This document shows positions 1 through 12,509 of a stretch of DNA of 64,000 nt, one piece after another. Where the stretch lies: positions 113,522,001-113,586,000 of the forward strand of contig OZ038378.1 of NCBI GenBank assembly GCA_964036045.1. Reading direction: 5' to 3'. The stretch comes from Eutreptiella sp. 'Long Island Sound 2002'. Its lineage: Eukaryota > Protista > Euglenida. The position numbers and the translations under genes were made by a program. The first letter of the stretch is position 1, and every line of letters begins with the position of its first letter. Below the pieces are notes generated by a model. It saw nothing but the letters and a program-made list of their open reading frames with translations. It was not told the origin of the DNA and made no database searches.

Positions 1-1480
1 CCGCTAGTGGACACCATTGATTGGGACCGGCCCCTCACGTTTCTTGTGCGCGGGGATTCCCACCCAGTGTGCTGGTGGGAGTTGGACCCAATTGTCTTTT
101 GGGCTCCTCAACCACGGCAAACGGGGCCGCACACCCGCCTACTTGTGGGTCATTGGCATGGCCGTGTGCGGCGACAAAGGCGTGGCCGCTTTGCCCACTA
201 TTTGGGCTAAGAACCTTCAGTTACTTGGCGCTTTTGTGTGCCGTTGAATTTGGGCTCGCTTTGTTTCAAAGTTCCTCGTTTGAAAGCCGAAAATTGCTTA
301 AAATAAAATTAAAAGCCGAACGAAATTTGAAGGTAAAATTTAAACGAAAAAGTGATGCCCGGATATCAAATGCACACAGTCTTTTGTAGGTGTTGCAGTT
401 GATTCACGACTACAAAATTTTGTGTTGGGCATCTAGTCGGGTGCCTACTGCGCTGGTCCTTGGGGTTGACCAGTCGTTTATTGGCCGCCTCATTGGGGTC
501 TCCACATCACCCCAAGTGGGGTATATTTACAATATGGGGGTGTGGGACAACGCAGCGGCGGCGTGGTTGCGGGTGGACGTGCGCCGGACTTTGGACAACG
601 AGGCGGCGGACCGTCACGAATATCATGTGACGGGTCGCAGCTTGCATAATGGGGGGTGCATAGCGGAACCTCACATCGTGGTTGATCGGTGTTGGGTTTT
701 CCCATGCATCCTCTATTGTTGCACGGCCATTGGGCGGCTGCAGGTCGCTTTTGTTAAGGCGCGCCTGGAGTCAATCCCCAAGGAGTGATGCCCGGATATC
801 AAATGCACACAGTCTTTTGTAGGTGTTGCAGTTGATTCACGACTACAAAATTTTGTGTTGGGCATCTAGTCGGGTGCCTACTGCGCTGGTCCTTGGGGGT
901 GACCAGTCGTTTATTGGCCGCCTCATTGGGGTCTCCACATCACCCCAAGTGGGGTATATTTACAATATGGGGGTGTGGGACAACGCAGCGGCGGCGTGGT
1001 TGAGGGTGGACGTGCGCCGGACTTTGGACAACGAGGCGGCGGACCGTCACGAATATCATGTGACGGGTCGCAGCTTGCATAATGGGGGGTGCATAGCGGA
1101 ACCTCACATCGTGGTTGATCGGTGTTGGGTTTTCCCATGCATCCTCTATTGTTGCACGGCCATTGGGCGGCTGCAGGTCGCTTTTGTTAAGGCGCGCCTG
1201 GAGTCAATCCCCAAGGAGAATGTGGAGGCCGTGCAACGGTTGTTGTACCAGGCACGCACGGGGGTAAAGCTGGGTGCCACCGCCGCAGCCGATGGGGAGG
1301 AGGCCAGGGCTCTCTTCCTTGCATGGGAGGAGATGGGCCCACTATTGGCCTACTCGCCGGAGGACCCCGAATGGCAAGCCGTTGTTGCCATGAGGGATCT
1401 CTATCGGGACTTGTAGAGCGAAACGCCCCCTCTCAATGACCCGGGGGGTTTGCTGTTGCGCGGCAGTACCGTGCACAAAG
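1..1480 (+). pseudogene. Degenerate RAG1/Transib/Chapaev-like DDE transposase, intron-containing
   Basis: Frames read FLVRGD..CAGGSWTQL..(intron ending tttgtag at 389)..VLGGDQSFIGRLIG..PCILYCCTAIGRL..DGEEARALF..WQAVVAMRDLYRDL. This resembles by eye the RAG1/Transib core order (GYDEKL, DALHCDIG, NGNFARKL, ALRELMDLY). It has a frameshift near 65, a stop at 1414-1416, and the third catalytic region appears deleted. Confidence 0.5.
351..1216 (+). repeat. 433-bp tandem duplication of an intron end plus exon
   Basis: agtgatgcccggatatc occurs at 351 and 784. ORFs 390 and 823 are offset by 433. I saw two substitutions between the copies and a 2-bp AG microhomology at the junction. Confidence 0.95.
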
Positions 1481-1657
1481 GGAGGCGGAGGTAGTTTTGC
1501 AAGTATGGGAATGGTGGTTTCTGAAATTTGATCTACCCCTTAGGATCCAAGCAATCCCCCCATGTGGCCCCATGTACAATGGCCACACTCATGTCCAACC
1601 ACAGCCCCCCACCCATGTCCCTTTCCCTTGCACCCCTAACTCTTGTTAGCCCTATCC

Positions 1658-3594
1658 ATGGACCCGCTGAAATGGAGGTGTTGATGGAGAAGATGTTCGA
1701 GAAGATGAGCGACAAATTGGTACGTGCTTGCGTGTGCACGTGTTTGCTTGCGTAGGACGCGATATCCGACTCAACATTTTTCAATGAAATTTTAACTGGG
1801 GCGTCCCTTTTTTTCGTTTAATTTTAACACTGGCGGTCGTTTAACATTCAAAATTTAAGCTAAAAATGAAGTGTTAGAAATTGAATCAAAATTTTTAAAC
1901 CCAGGTTAATTTTTGCATTTGTTCTCTCTTGCAGATGCGAGAAGTGGAGGACCGGTTGCAGCAGGGTGCAACACCCCCTGGGGGAGTAATTCCAGCTCCT
2001 CCGGCAGCTCCAGCAGCTGCAGCAGCCGGCGGTCCGCCGCCGCCTCCTTTGAGGGCCGCCGCCTCCTTTGAGGAGGGGCGCCGGCTCAAGGAGGAGCGGC
2101 GACGGAGAAGGAGAAGAGACAACGCAAGAAGGAGGAGAATACGAGGGCAGTGGAGGAGAGGACGGCCAGCCATTCACGGGGGGGGGGGGGGGGGTTGAGG
2201 CAGAGCAGGGCGAGGTGGTGGTGCCAGAGGGACGAGGATGGGGAGGGGGATGAAAATGGGGAGGGGGATGAAGTCCAGGTGCCCCCCTCCCCCGATCCCC
2301 TGTATCACTCTCCCGAGTGGCTGCAAAAGGCCCTCAGGAAAGACTCATTGGTCTGCCGCAAGGCAGCCGCTGCGCTGTGGTCTGTCCAAGCCCTTGAACA
2401 GGGCTGTGGGCTAGATCAAGCAATTTTTTCCGACCCCAGCAAGGATCACGACACCCTTCGCTAGGTTATGTGCCAACTTTCCCGGTGCCTAATTAGGAAA
2501 CATGGGGAGGGCAAGGGGGAGTGGCGGAGGGATGCTGCCAAAGGGCGCGCCGAGCACAGGCAGCCACTGCCGGGCGGTCCCATGTCCCCCTTGCCCGAGC
2601 GCATCAACTCACGGTCCGTAGGGGCCCTGAACCTGCTATCCGACCCCCGGGGGGTTAGGTTTGGCACCGACCACTACCTGGTGTGCCTGCAGCACTGGGT
2701 AGCCCTTGGCTGGTGCCAACAGTGGCGGCAAGGCAAGTCGGTATAGTTTGCACCGGTGTGTTCTGCCGTGCTGTCCCCGCCCACCCCCCCTAACGACCCC
2801 GCGGCCCAGCACACCTACGAGGGGCTGGTGCCTGGGTCGTGCACAACCCGCGGCTTGGCGGCCGTCACTCGGACGCCCCCCCCCCCCCCGGCGGCCACCA
2901 CCGCCAACACCACCAACGCCGCCGGTCTAGGAGAGGCCCCCAGCCCCGCCTCGAGCTTTAGGCATGCGATGGGGGTGCTGCATGCTCTAGGGTGCCCAAC
3001 ATTTAAAAAGGTATGTGTGTGTATGTGTGTCTTTGCGCTTGTTTAATTTTTAGGACGCTTCGTTTCCAAGTTTTGGTTTCATTTTTAAAATTTCCATCGC
3101 CGCATCAAAAATTAAAAATTAACGTTAAAAATTCAACCAAAAAATTTAAAAAAAGTCGTCCAAAAAATTTAGTTTGTCCCGCGGACCACGGCCACCGCCT
3201 ACTTTGTTGCAAGTCAAGGACGTGGCGGTCTGCGGAGACAATCTCCGCCCCGTGCATGTCGTTTGGGGCGACAAGGATAGGGAGCGGAGCCAGGGGTAGG
3301 GGGGGGCTCCACAAGCTCCTCGCCCATGACCCCGCGCTTGGGCGGGCTGTACTCCGCGGCTTGAAGGAGTAGGAGCACGGCCGCTAGTGCGCGGAGCTTT
3401 GGGGCCCCTTGAGGCCCTACAAGCCCACTTCGTGGGCACACTTGGGGGAGGTAGCGTGGTTGCGGTGTGAGCATACCAAAGTATGGGGCGTCGCTTGGGA
3501 AAAATTTCACCCCTACGCGGTGCCTTGTGTTTGTGTGAACCATTTTACGCCTTGGTTTGGGGGGGAGGGGGGGTTCACCCGTCTTGATGTGTAA
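1658..3594 (+). pseudogene. Decayed multi-exon gene of unknown function (transposon accessory gene candidate)
   Basis: Exon ..EMEVLMEKMFEKMSDKL, then GT-AG intron 1720-1934 (gtacgt...ttgcag), then exon MREVEDRLQQG.. with Pro/Ala-rich and acidic tracts. A second donor gtatgt at 3011 opens an AT-rich intron. Several in-frame stops and frameshifts. Confidence 0.5.
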
Positions 3595-3816
3595 AAATAT
3601 TAAAATGGCTTTGGGCTTTAAAATTTGAGATTAATTTTTGGTTTAAAATTTGTAAATTTTAAATATTATGTGTCGCCGGAATTAAAATCTAAACCAACAA
3701 AATCTAAACAAACTTTACAAAAATGAAACCTCCGTGCACAAGCACAAAAATATATAGAACATACCCTTTAGCCTTTGTGGCTAATGCGCTTGGCCATTCC
3801 GGCCATTGTTGCCGGG

Positions 3817-4545
3817 TTAAACCTCCCGGGAGCCCGTTTCTAGGTCCAATAGTGCCGGGGTAGCTTGGGTTTCGCTTGGGGGGTTAGGTGGGTTAGTGGG
3901 GGTATTTGGGTTGGGTTGAGGGTTTTCTTGGGGGTTAGTCGGGGGGTTAGCCGGCCTTGTCGGGGGGGGGGGGGGGGTTGCGCACCTTTTGGAGGTGTGC
4001 CTGCGCAGCTTTGGCCGTGCCGAAGACGAGGTGGCGCTCCACCTGATAGATCTTGGCATAGTTTGAGTATCTCACCCAAACAACCCCGCTCTTGCGGGTG
4101 TGCACACCGGTGACGGTGGCCACCTCTACCCCGCCCCCGTATGGGACGTGGGCGGGGGTTCCCACGAGGAGATCGCCCCCCCCCCCCCTTCCTCCTTCGC
4201 CGCCCCTGCTTCTTTCCCACCCCCCTCCGCCTTCTTCTCCCGCCCCTTCTCTTTTGGGGCGTGGGGCGGCTTTTGACTTTGCGGGGGGGGTTTCTTGTTC
4301 GGGGGGGGTGTCTTTGCCAGAGGACGACGAAGAGGAAGAGGTGGGGTTGTCGGACTTGGCGTTTAAGTCCGACTCGAACCGTTGCCGCTTTGGGGGGGGG
4401 GGGGGGGGGGGGGGCGGGCTTTGCCCTTTTGGGGGGGGGGGGGGAGGGGGGGGCTTGGAAGATGGGGGGGGGTGGTGGTGGTGCTTGCCGCTTCCCTTTC
4501 TTCCTTCACCTCCCCTTCCCTCCCCACCACCCCTCCCCCGCCATC
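3817..4545 (-). pseudogene. Decayed gene with a short beta-rich domain (Tudor/PWWP-like?) and Pro-Thr-Asn repeats
   Basis: ORF 3947..4165 reads VEVATVTGVHTRKSGVVWVRYSNYAKIYQVERHLV, flanked by Ser/Lys-rich and PTNP low-complexity frames broken at G/C homopolymers. Confidence 0.3.
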
Positions 4546-4614
4546 AATTCATTTTTGGCCAAAAATAAAAAGTATTGGATTTAATTTGGTTCTCTAGGGA
4601 CCACATGGGCCTGG

Positions 4615-6560
4615 TGTCCAATGCGAAACCTATGCTCAACATGCCCACGTTTTGGAGGCTTATGGCAATGACCAATGCGGCGCACTACCTACCCTTGGTA
4701 TATCGGCCTGGCATTATTTGTCCCACACACGCTTTAGAATACCTCAGTAGACCTTGTTAGGTTGTTGCATGATAACAGTTGGTTTCATTCGGCCAAGACA
4801 AACCCATGGAGATAGTCATGGATAACGTGCACCATGCGTACAGGTTAGTTGTGCACCAAACGCTTGGTGTCATTTTGCAAGGGGTGGGCTTCAGCAAAGC
4901 TATTGCTTATGTTTTGGTGTAGGCAACCATTGTGTTTGCCATGCCCATTGGAGGCATGCAGGGGGTGCCAATTGCCAAGTTTTTCGCTAGTGCTACTATA
5001 ACATGCCCTTTGTTTCCTTTGGACCGCCCTTTAACAACCCCCCCCCCCCCACCCCACCCCAACCCACCGGGGGCAATGGACTCAAGGAAAAACTGAACAT
5101 TGTAACCCACTTGCCCATAGTACTCCTACACAACCATGGAATTTATAGCAATTGTTGCTCCTCTCGTTAGCCCTCCTTGCGAAGCTATAAGGGTCATTGA
5201 TATACATATCTTGCAATCAATTCCCGCCGCGGTTACGGTGGTTTCCGGACCTATTGCACGCCCTATGGGGTTCTAGGACTACTTCAACCCATGTGTGGCA
5301 AGTTGCGGACTTTAACGAATGGTATTGGTGGGAGGATGTACACAATGTTGGAAAGGTAGTGGTCGCTTGTACTAGTGTCAGGCATGCATGGAATTCAGTA
5401 AACCTACAGCGTCCTTTGGAGTTAGTTCGTGCATTGGACTCTAAATCCAATGCGGTGGTGCCTTTCAAAAAAAATGCACATTGTTTGCTTAATCGTTGCA
5501 ACACGGTTTGGCTCATTTCCCCCTTCGTTGTTGGTGATGACGTGCCGACATTTAGTTTCACTGGACCAACCCAAACCAATGGCAAAAGGTATGGATAACA
5601 TACATTGTGCATATAGGTTAGTTGTACACCAAACACTTGGTGCCATTTTGCAACGGGCGGGCTTCAACAAAGTTAGTGCTTCCATTTTGGTTTGCACATT
5701 TGAGGCATGCAAGGGGTGGCGATCGCCAAGTCTCTCGCTAGCATTGCTCCGAGATTCCATTCGTTTCTTTTGGACCAATTTATTTTTCACATTCCCCCCC
5801 CTCAGCGCCCCCCCCCCCCCTTCCCCTCCTCCACCGGGGGCAATGGACTCAAGGAACCACTTTAACGCACGTACCAGCAATGCTGCTACACAACTATTGA
5901 ACTTTTAGGAGTTGTTTCTCCTCTCGCTAGCATTCCTTGTGAAGCTACTAGGGTCACTGATATGCATCTCCTACAATCAGTCGTTGCCGCAGTTACGGGG
6001 GTTTTTGGACCCCTTGCACGCGTGACGGGGCTCTAGGACTAGTTCAGCCAGTGTGTGGAAAGTTGCGGATTGTAACCAATGGTGTCGAGAGTTGGTGCGA
6101 GGATGTACAAAGTGCCCGAGAATGTTAAACACCCGTTTGCATGCTTTTAATGGCCCAAACCTTTGCTCAAGACGACCATGGTTCGGACGCTTGTGGCAAT
6201 GACCATTGCGGCGCATTACCTACCCGTGGTATGTCGGCGTGGTGTAATTCTTGCCACACAATTTCCCTTTTAAAATAAATCAATAGACTGTGTTTAGGTT
6301 GTTGCATGATAACAATTGGTTTCACGGGGCCAAGACAAACCAATGGCAATAGTCATTTATTCCATCCCTCGTGCGTACACGTTCGTTGTTTACCAAACAT
6401 TTGGTGGCATTTTGCAAGGGGTGGGCTTCAACAAAGCCCTTGCTTACGTTTTCGTCTGGGCAGTTGTTGTGTTTGCCATGCGCATTGGAGGCATGGAAGG
6501 GGGGGTGATCGCCAAGTCTTTTGCTAGTGCTGCTCCAAGATGTCCCTTGCTTCCTTCGGA
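4615..6560. repeat. Degenerate tandem repeat, unit about 767 bp, about 2.5 copies
   Basis: Anchor ggccaagacaaacc and variants at 4791, 5563 and 6328; gggcaatggactcaaggaa at about 5071 and 5838; ggcaatgacca.tgcggcgca at about 4664 and 6197. Confidence 0.85.
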
Positions 6561-7459
6561 CCATTTAATTCTCCACCTTCTGGTCCTTCAGCCTCCCCCC
6601 CCTCCAACCCCTAGAACCCCTGGGGCCGGACACATTGACGTGGTGTGGAGGCATGGTGGGGTCTCTCCAACGCGAACGGGCCAGAATAGGGGGCCAGCTA
6701 CGCTGCCGAAGCTTCGCGATGTCCTCGAACCCCAGGCTATCTCTTAGCAGGCTACCTGCCACGCCGTGATGCAGGGCGCTAGGGTGATCGGGTTGCGGGC
6801 ATGGGGGCCATCTCCACATGTCGGGATTTCAGCGGGGGATGTTCTGGATTCACCTATCCTCCCCCAAGCGGCAGTGCTCCTGTTCTCTTTTCCTTTTACA
6901 CCCAATTCCATGATGATGGATACCACATAGATACCATGTTTGAACTACTTACATACCTTTGACTGTTTTGCCTCTTGCCTGTTTGCCCTGCTACAACAAT
7001 TCGGTACCTTGGAGACAAGTCACTCGGTTGTGTCCCGACTTTACCCCGTTACAACCTTTCCTGGCTCGCCCCCTTTTCTCACGTGGCGACTCAGCTCGGC
7101 TTCCCTACGGCTTGGGTTCCAATGCACACATTGCCTCATATTGATTTTCTGCTCTCTTGTGGCTCTTTTGTCCCTTGTCCCACCGTCTCCTTGCTGTGTC
7201 TTCTCTACCAATGCAACCCAATGGCAACCACGCGATGTGCGAACCACGGCGTCCCCGCGGTCTCCGTGTGGTCAGTTTCCCCTCTCTATTTCGTGTCTGT
7301 TTGCTATGTACTATACCCTGTTAGAGTCTAGCTTTGCTCGCTATGCGCGATGCGTCCCCTCGTGGGGAGGAAGCCCTCTCTGTTACATAGTAGATCCCCC
7401 TGTGTGCCCACTGTCCTGGATATCAGCCGCCGGCGTGTAGCCGCGGAGTCGTTGCCCCT

Positions 7460-8520
7460 TTGCCCCTTAGACCACGCAGCATGCCCGGTAAGAAGCGTGT
7501 TCGGTTGGCGGCCGGCTACGACAATCAACTCAGGAGGAGCCATGCCCGAGCTGCGGCCCGCCTGGATCGTCAGTTGGCTCCTACCCAACCCACATACGAG
7601 TACCATACCTGGGGCCCCACACACTTGGAGCTGCGTCTGTGACCCCCGGCATAGCGCCAGTACGCTTAGGCGGCGTTCGAACACTTCCGGGGGTGGGCGC
7701 TGCTGCGCGCCCTTTAGCACCTCTATCCCGGGGCCTCGTTCCGCCCCCAAACCCAAAAACCGGGAGGTCAACATCTACACCCCCGTTGGTGGCGTTGGTG
7801 GCGGCTGTACATGGATCACTCGGAGCATGGTTACGCGGCAGTCCGAGTTCTCGAGCCACGTGGGACCGCAGCGGTTCCGTGTCTTCGCAGGTGCCTGGGT
7901 TATAGAGCAGATCATGGACTGCTTGCGGCCGCCAATTCCCTATGACCTCATATGCGGCCTACGCCATGGTGCGACACCGTCTCGGGACTTTGATGACCAC
8001 CAGGGGCCGCCCTGTGCGCGTCAGCGGTCTTCGCTTCCCATCAGGTGAACATCCTCATGTCCGCTTTCAATGCCTGCTGCCTATGGCCCCTTGGGGAATG
8101 TTGCCGTGTGCTGGTGATGCTGTATCCAAAGCTGGCACGTTGTATAGGGGTGTCCTACGCCTTCCCCCACCTGTTGCTCACAGTGCCCGCACAATTTGCC
8201 GTTGCTTCACTCTGTCTGCGGATTTGCTTTGCTACCATAGAGACACGTTCGGGGCACCCACCAATGTTTGACGAACTGCACCGTGAGCATTTGTACATAC
8301 CCCCCACAACCCTCATGGCGTGTGTGTGTGTGTGTGTGTAGTGTGCCTACGACCCATGTTTTGCATGCCCCGACAAAGATGGTGCAACCATTAGAAGTGG
8401 CGGACTTGCGGACTTGCTCGCTCAGCGCGATTCGCTCTCCCGCCATGTGGTGTTGGACGGTCACTCCACTGTCTATTATGGCGCCGCACCTGTCGTGGGG
8501 CCCTACCTCCCTACTCTCCC
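7460..8520 (+). pseudogene. Degenerate tyrosine recombinase of a DIRS/Ngaro/VIPER-type retroelement
   Basis: Disrupted frames give RQLAPTQPTYE (N-terminal helix), HGYAAVRVLE, ACCLWPLGE (degenerate LRVGE) and a HA..(R)..GAT-like segment near 8385, split by a (TG)n tract at 8320-8338. The motif order parallels the clearer YR at 50 kb. Confidence 0.4.
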
Positions 8521-9055
8521 CACGCGATGTGTACCCTCGTGACACGAGGTGGGGACTTGGGTTTTGTGGCCGTTGCTCCGCCGGCTGCTACTTTGCAACC
8601 TCACGTCACGTATGTTCTGCATGGTATGTGCCCTATGTGCGCTGCCCTCTGTGGCGTTTTGCTTAGTTGACTCGGCTTGATTTGCTCGGGTGCTTCTACC
8701 CCACGCTCTATGTGCCCTGAGACCTGTGTTTGCTCCTCTTTTGCTCTATGTAGAGTGGGTGGTGGGGCGTCCTCCTATCAACACCTATCTCGTGGGGAGG
8801 AAGTTTGGTATACCACTTTCGCTTTGCTCGCTTTTCTTGCGCTGATCTTGCGCATTGCAGCGCATTTGTTCTGTCTCGTAGCTGTCTCGTTTACCTGCCC
8901 GCTTTTTTGCATAACACTGTGCTCGCTCTTGTACTACTATAGTCGACCTCACCGGACCAACACCGGGTCACCTTCTGTTCTCTCTTGCCCTTGTGGAGGC
9001 GTTTTTGAACCATGTCATCTTTTGTTTTCCCCTTGCTAACTGACATCAAGCACCG

Positions 9056-11630
9056 CATGGCTGATGATCCCTATGCGGCAGACCGGGGCAGTGGACACCT
9101 GAGTTACTTCAGGCGGCACAAGCCACCCTTCCAGCACTGTGGAGCCATCCTTTGTCAGGGGGTGAATCATGCGTTGTGCTGGGCCCTTTTACAAGGGCAA
9201 GATCTCTTCGGCATCCAACATTGAGGTGGTACTCCACCCGCAAGGATTGCTTCTCACGTGCCAAGCCACGGTACAACCCTCCTTCGATAGACTCATTGCC
9301 ACGCATGTCCCGCCGGCCATTGCCGCTTCGCCCAAGATATTTGGGTACCTTCGCTTGCCCTTTGATCACATGGCATACGTGGAAAACTGGAACCCCGGCT
9401 ACGAACCGTTGGACTGTCCGAAGATGCACGCCTCCATCGCACGTATGCTTGGTGGCTAGGATGCCACATAGGTACGTGGCGTCCCCATCGCGGCTCGGAA
9501 GGCAAAATTGATCCGGCCAATCGGCAATTACTTGCCTGCTGGCGAAGTGTGCGATTTCTGTGTCCGGCTACCATCGGCCGACGCCCCCTTTTTTTCTGTG
9601 GGAGGTGCCACAGCCGGTCGAAGCGAATATGCCCGTCTCTAAACCGGCTCCTCTAGACGAGCTACACTGTGCTTTACTAGCATGGGCGGGGAGTTTTTCA
9701 AGTTTCACACTTGGAGCCCCCTTCTCCAATAGAGCGCGCATTCTTTGCATCGTCTCCGTGGAGACGGCGGCCGCGGCCTACGAGGCGTCCCTAACACTAG
9801 CCGGTTCTGTTGGTGACGTTTGATCTATCACCGGGGATGCTATGGTGTCATGGGCCACAACGCCAGTAATGGCAATCCCGGAAGGTGGCCACAGGCCCGT
9901 GGTAGTGCTTTCCAAGTGGCTCCGGCTTTATGTCCCGCGCACAGCATTCTCGCCGGCCTCGAGTACCTCTAACAGCCTTTTGTCACCATCTTTCACTCCC
10001 ATGTCTAGCGCTGAGCCAATTGTCAATTGCCATCGATGATGAGCCTCCCGTGTCTGCCGCTTTGCCGTGTTTGGATTTCGCTACTACTCCAGCTGACTTC
10101 ACTCGCACCTAGGACGCTGCCGCGGCACTACCTCTGCAACCCGACCCTGTGGATCTGGCTGCTGCCATTTTGCCTGAGCGCCTGCTTTTTGACCCGCCGG
10201 CTGGCAATGATTATGAGACCGATCACATCATCGACCACCTCAGTCAGCAGCACGAGCGTGAGCTGTCACGGCTTTGGGATGAACATCAGTCTCAGCTGCA
10301 GGTGCTCAAGGTGCACCAGGATGCCACATTGCAAGTGCGAGACAATACCCATGATTCCGCCCTCCGTGATCTGCGAGCCCGGGTGCACAGATTTGACACG
10401 CAGCTCCAAGATGTGCACGTTGAGAACCAACGACTGCAGCGCCAAGCCCTTATCCTTGTCATGCCAGACATGTCCCTAGTGATGGGGCGGGCTACTTGCT
10501 GATTTTTTTCGTCGTCAAGATGTGTTTGTGTGCCGTGTCCACCTCGCGTTGGCATCTCCAATCCCGCGTGACCGTTTTGCTTTGTTGCTTGTTGATCACG
10601 AGCTTTTCCAGCCGTCTGTACTCCTGTTTGTCACCATCGCCACCATGCTTGGCATAGCACCCCCAGATTGGAAGGAACTACATCGCTCCTTCCGTGCTGA
10701 AAGCGTTGTGCGCTTCCATGAGCTACCTTCTCCTGTTTTCGGCATCTGTGACTCTATTGTCCCACTTGCATCTGCACCAGTTCTGCCACCTCCGCACCCG
10801 TTGCCTGCGATTGCGACTCCAGTCGCGGCACGAGAAGCTAACCCTAGAGCTTGTTGCACACAATCGCTGCCCAAGTCTTTGCAGTGGCTCAATGCAGTTC
10901 CCGCGGCCCGGGAGCCTGACTCAGCTAAGTCTTTCCATCTTTTTTTGATTTTGATCCGCGTCAGTGATTGCCCGGGGCCTGACTTCCCCAAGGAGTCCTT
11001 GTACTCCCAGTGGGAGTATGTTACGCGTAATGCGGCTTAGCACCCCACGTGGGGTTCTGCCGTCCAGCCTAGTGGAGCAGAGTATGCAACCTTTCTGTGA
11101 GCCAGCGACAGCGGTGTCTCAGTAGCCGTCATAGCGGCAAAGTCACAGAATCAGGCGGTGGGGACCTGAGCCTCCTCTACGCGCACCACCCCGCGTGGAG
11201 GGGGGGGGGGCAGACACTGATCGCTTTCCCATCGCAATATATATTCCGTGGACAGCTAAGCAGAATGTCCAACGTCCTTGCACATCATCCAAACTGGGCA
11301 GTGTCATGTGCACAGTTGTCGGTGCGGACCACGTCGCGTAGGTTGCGGACCAGTATCTTTGGCAAGGCACGGATGGCCACAACAAAGGATATTCCGTGGT
11401 GGGCATCTCCCCTGTGGCGGAAACTATTTTGCAGCCTCAGTCTTTCCATGAGGATGCTCATTTCACCTTCACCTTCCGCAAAGCGGACGGGCAAGCGTGG
11501 GGGCCATGGGGTGCGGCCCCAAGTGCTAAGCGACCCCACACGAACCCTAATCCTCCCTCGACCTCCACGGCCTTGACAGTGGGGCATACTGTACAACAGT
11601 ATGTCACTCCGGCTCCCACCCCCTAAGCGT
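9056..11630 (+). pseudogene. Decayed gag-like / coiled-coil ORF(s) of a retroelement
   Basis: ORF 10149..10502 is a heptad-rich coiled coil (LSRLWDEHQSQLQVLK..LQDVHVENQRLQRQ). ORFs 10522..11040 and 11097..11576 continue after stops or frameshifts, and an RT remnant follows. Confidence 0.35.
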
Positions 11631-11859
11631 ATCCGTACCCTGGCTATGTCCCGGCCTATCCGATGCCTCATTCAGCTTACGGCCCCTCCCCGGCGGCCCC
11701 AAGTCCAACTTATTCCCCCGCAGCCAGTTCCGTAATGCCCAGGGCTCCTCCGCCCCCCGTCATCCCCCCCCCCCCCCTTGCCAATACCCCACGTACCCCC
11801 CTCCCTCGCAGTAGCCTCCACCTATGAGCCCGGCTCCCAGCGGTGATCCTCGGCCGTGA

Positions 11860-12170
11860 TGAGCGTACACAAGTTGCACCTCCGGCCCCTTACGTGCTGG
11901 CACCACAAGAACGGGAACACAATATGGTGCGCCAATGACTGGCAGCGCTCCACGAGTCTGTGCACACGGTCTCGCGGCACGCCGCACACCACACTTGGGG
12001 TCACATTTTTTCTCCAACGGGTGGCTTTTTAGGCGTGGTGGATATTTCGGAATAGTTTTACTCCTTGCCCGTTCTCCCACCATGCCTTCTTTCTATCCAT
12101 GCGTTCAAGGGACCTTTTGCGGTTCCCCGTTTTGCCTTGAATGCTGCCCGAGTGGGCATTCTTGTTGAGC
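11860..12170 (+). pseudogene. Reverse transcriptase N-terminal remnant (YR-retroelement type)
   Basis: Frame reads HTWGHIFSPTGGFLGVVDISE*FYSLPV (D at 12041), matching the RT hDh..aF motif. No YxDD is recoverable. Confidence 0.4.
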
Positions 12171-12509
12171 TTTTGGGTGAGCATCAACTGGATGCAACCT
12201 CGACCACAGGGTCAGCTCTATTTCCCCCCTTCCCCACGGGTTAGGTCGGGGAGTTGCCCACGGCCTTGCTCTCCAGACATACCCTCCGATTTCACGCGGC
12301 AGCTCTGCACACCCAGTCCGTTTTCATTCTGTGCCTGAGTTCAGGATACATGAGAAAACACCTCCAGCGCCTGCCACCCGGTGCAGTTTTGTGACTTGCC
12401 ATCGTCTTAGGAGGCCCATAGTGCTCCCTATCGTTGTAGCGAAAAAAGGGGCAATAGGTGGTTTCTTGCATGTGCTAAAATAGGGGTGGAAATTTGCATT
12501 TCTGCATCA

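Noticed and set aside
2040-4560. Many Gly/Pro-rich short ORFs
   Set aside because: They are products of G/C homopolymer runs and alternate frames of the decayed genes already listed.
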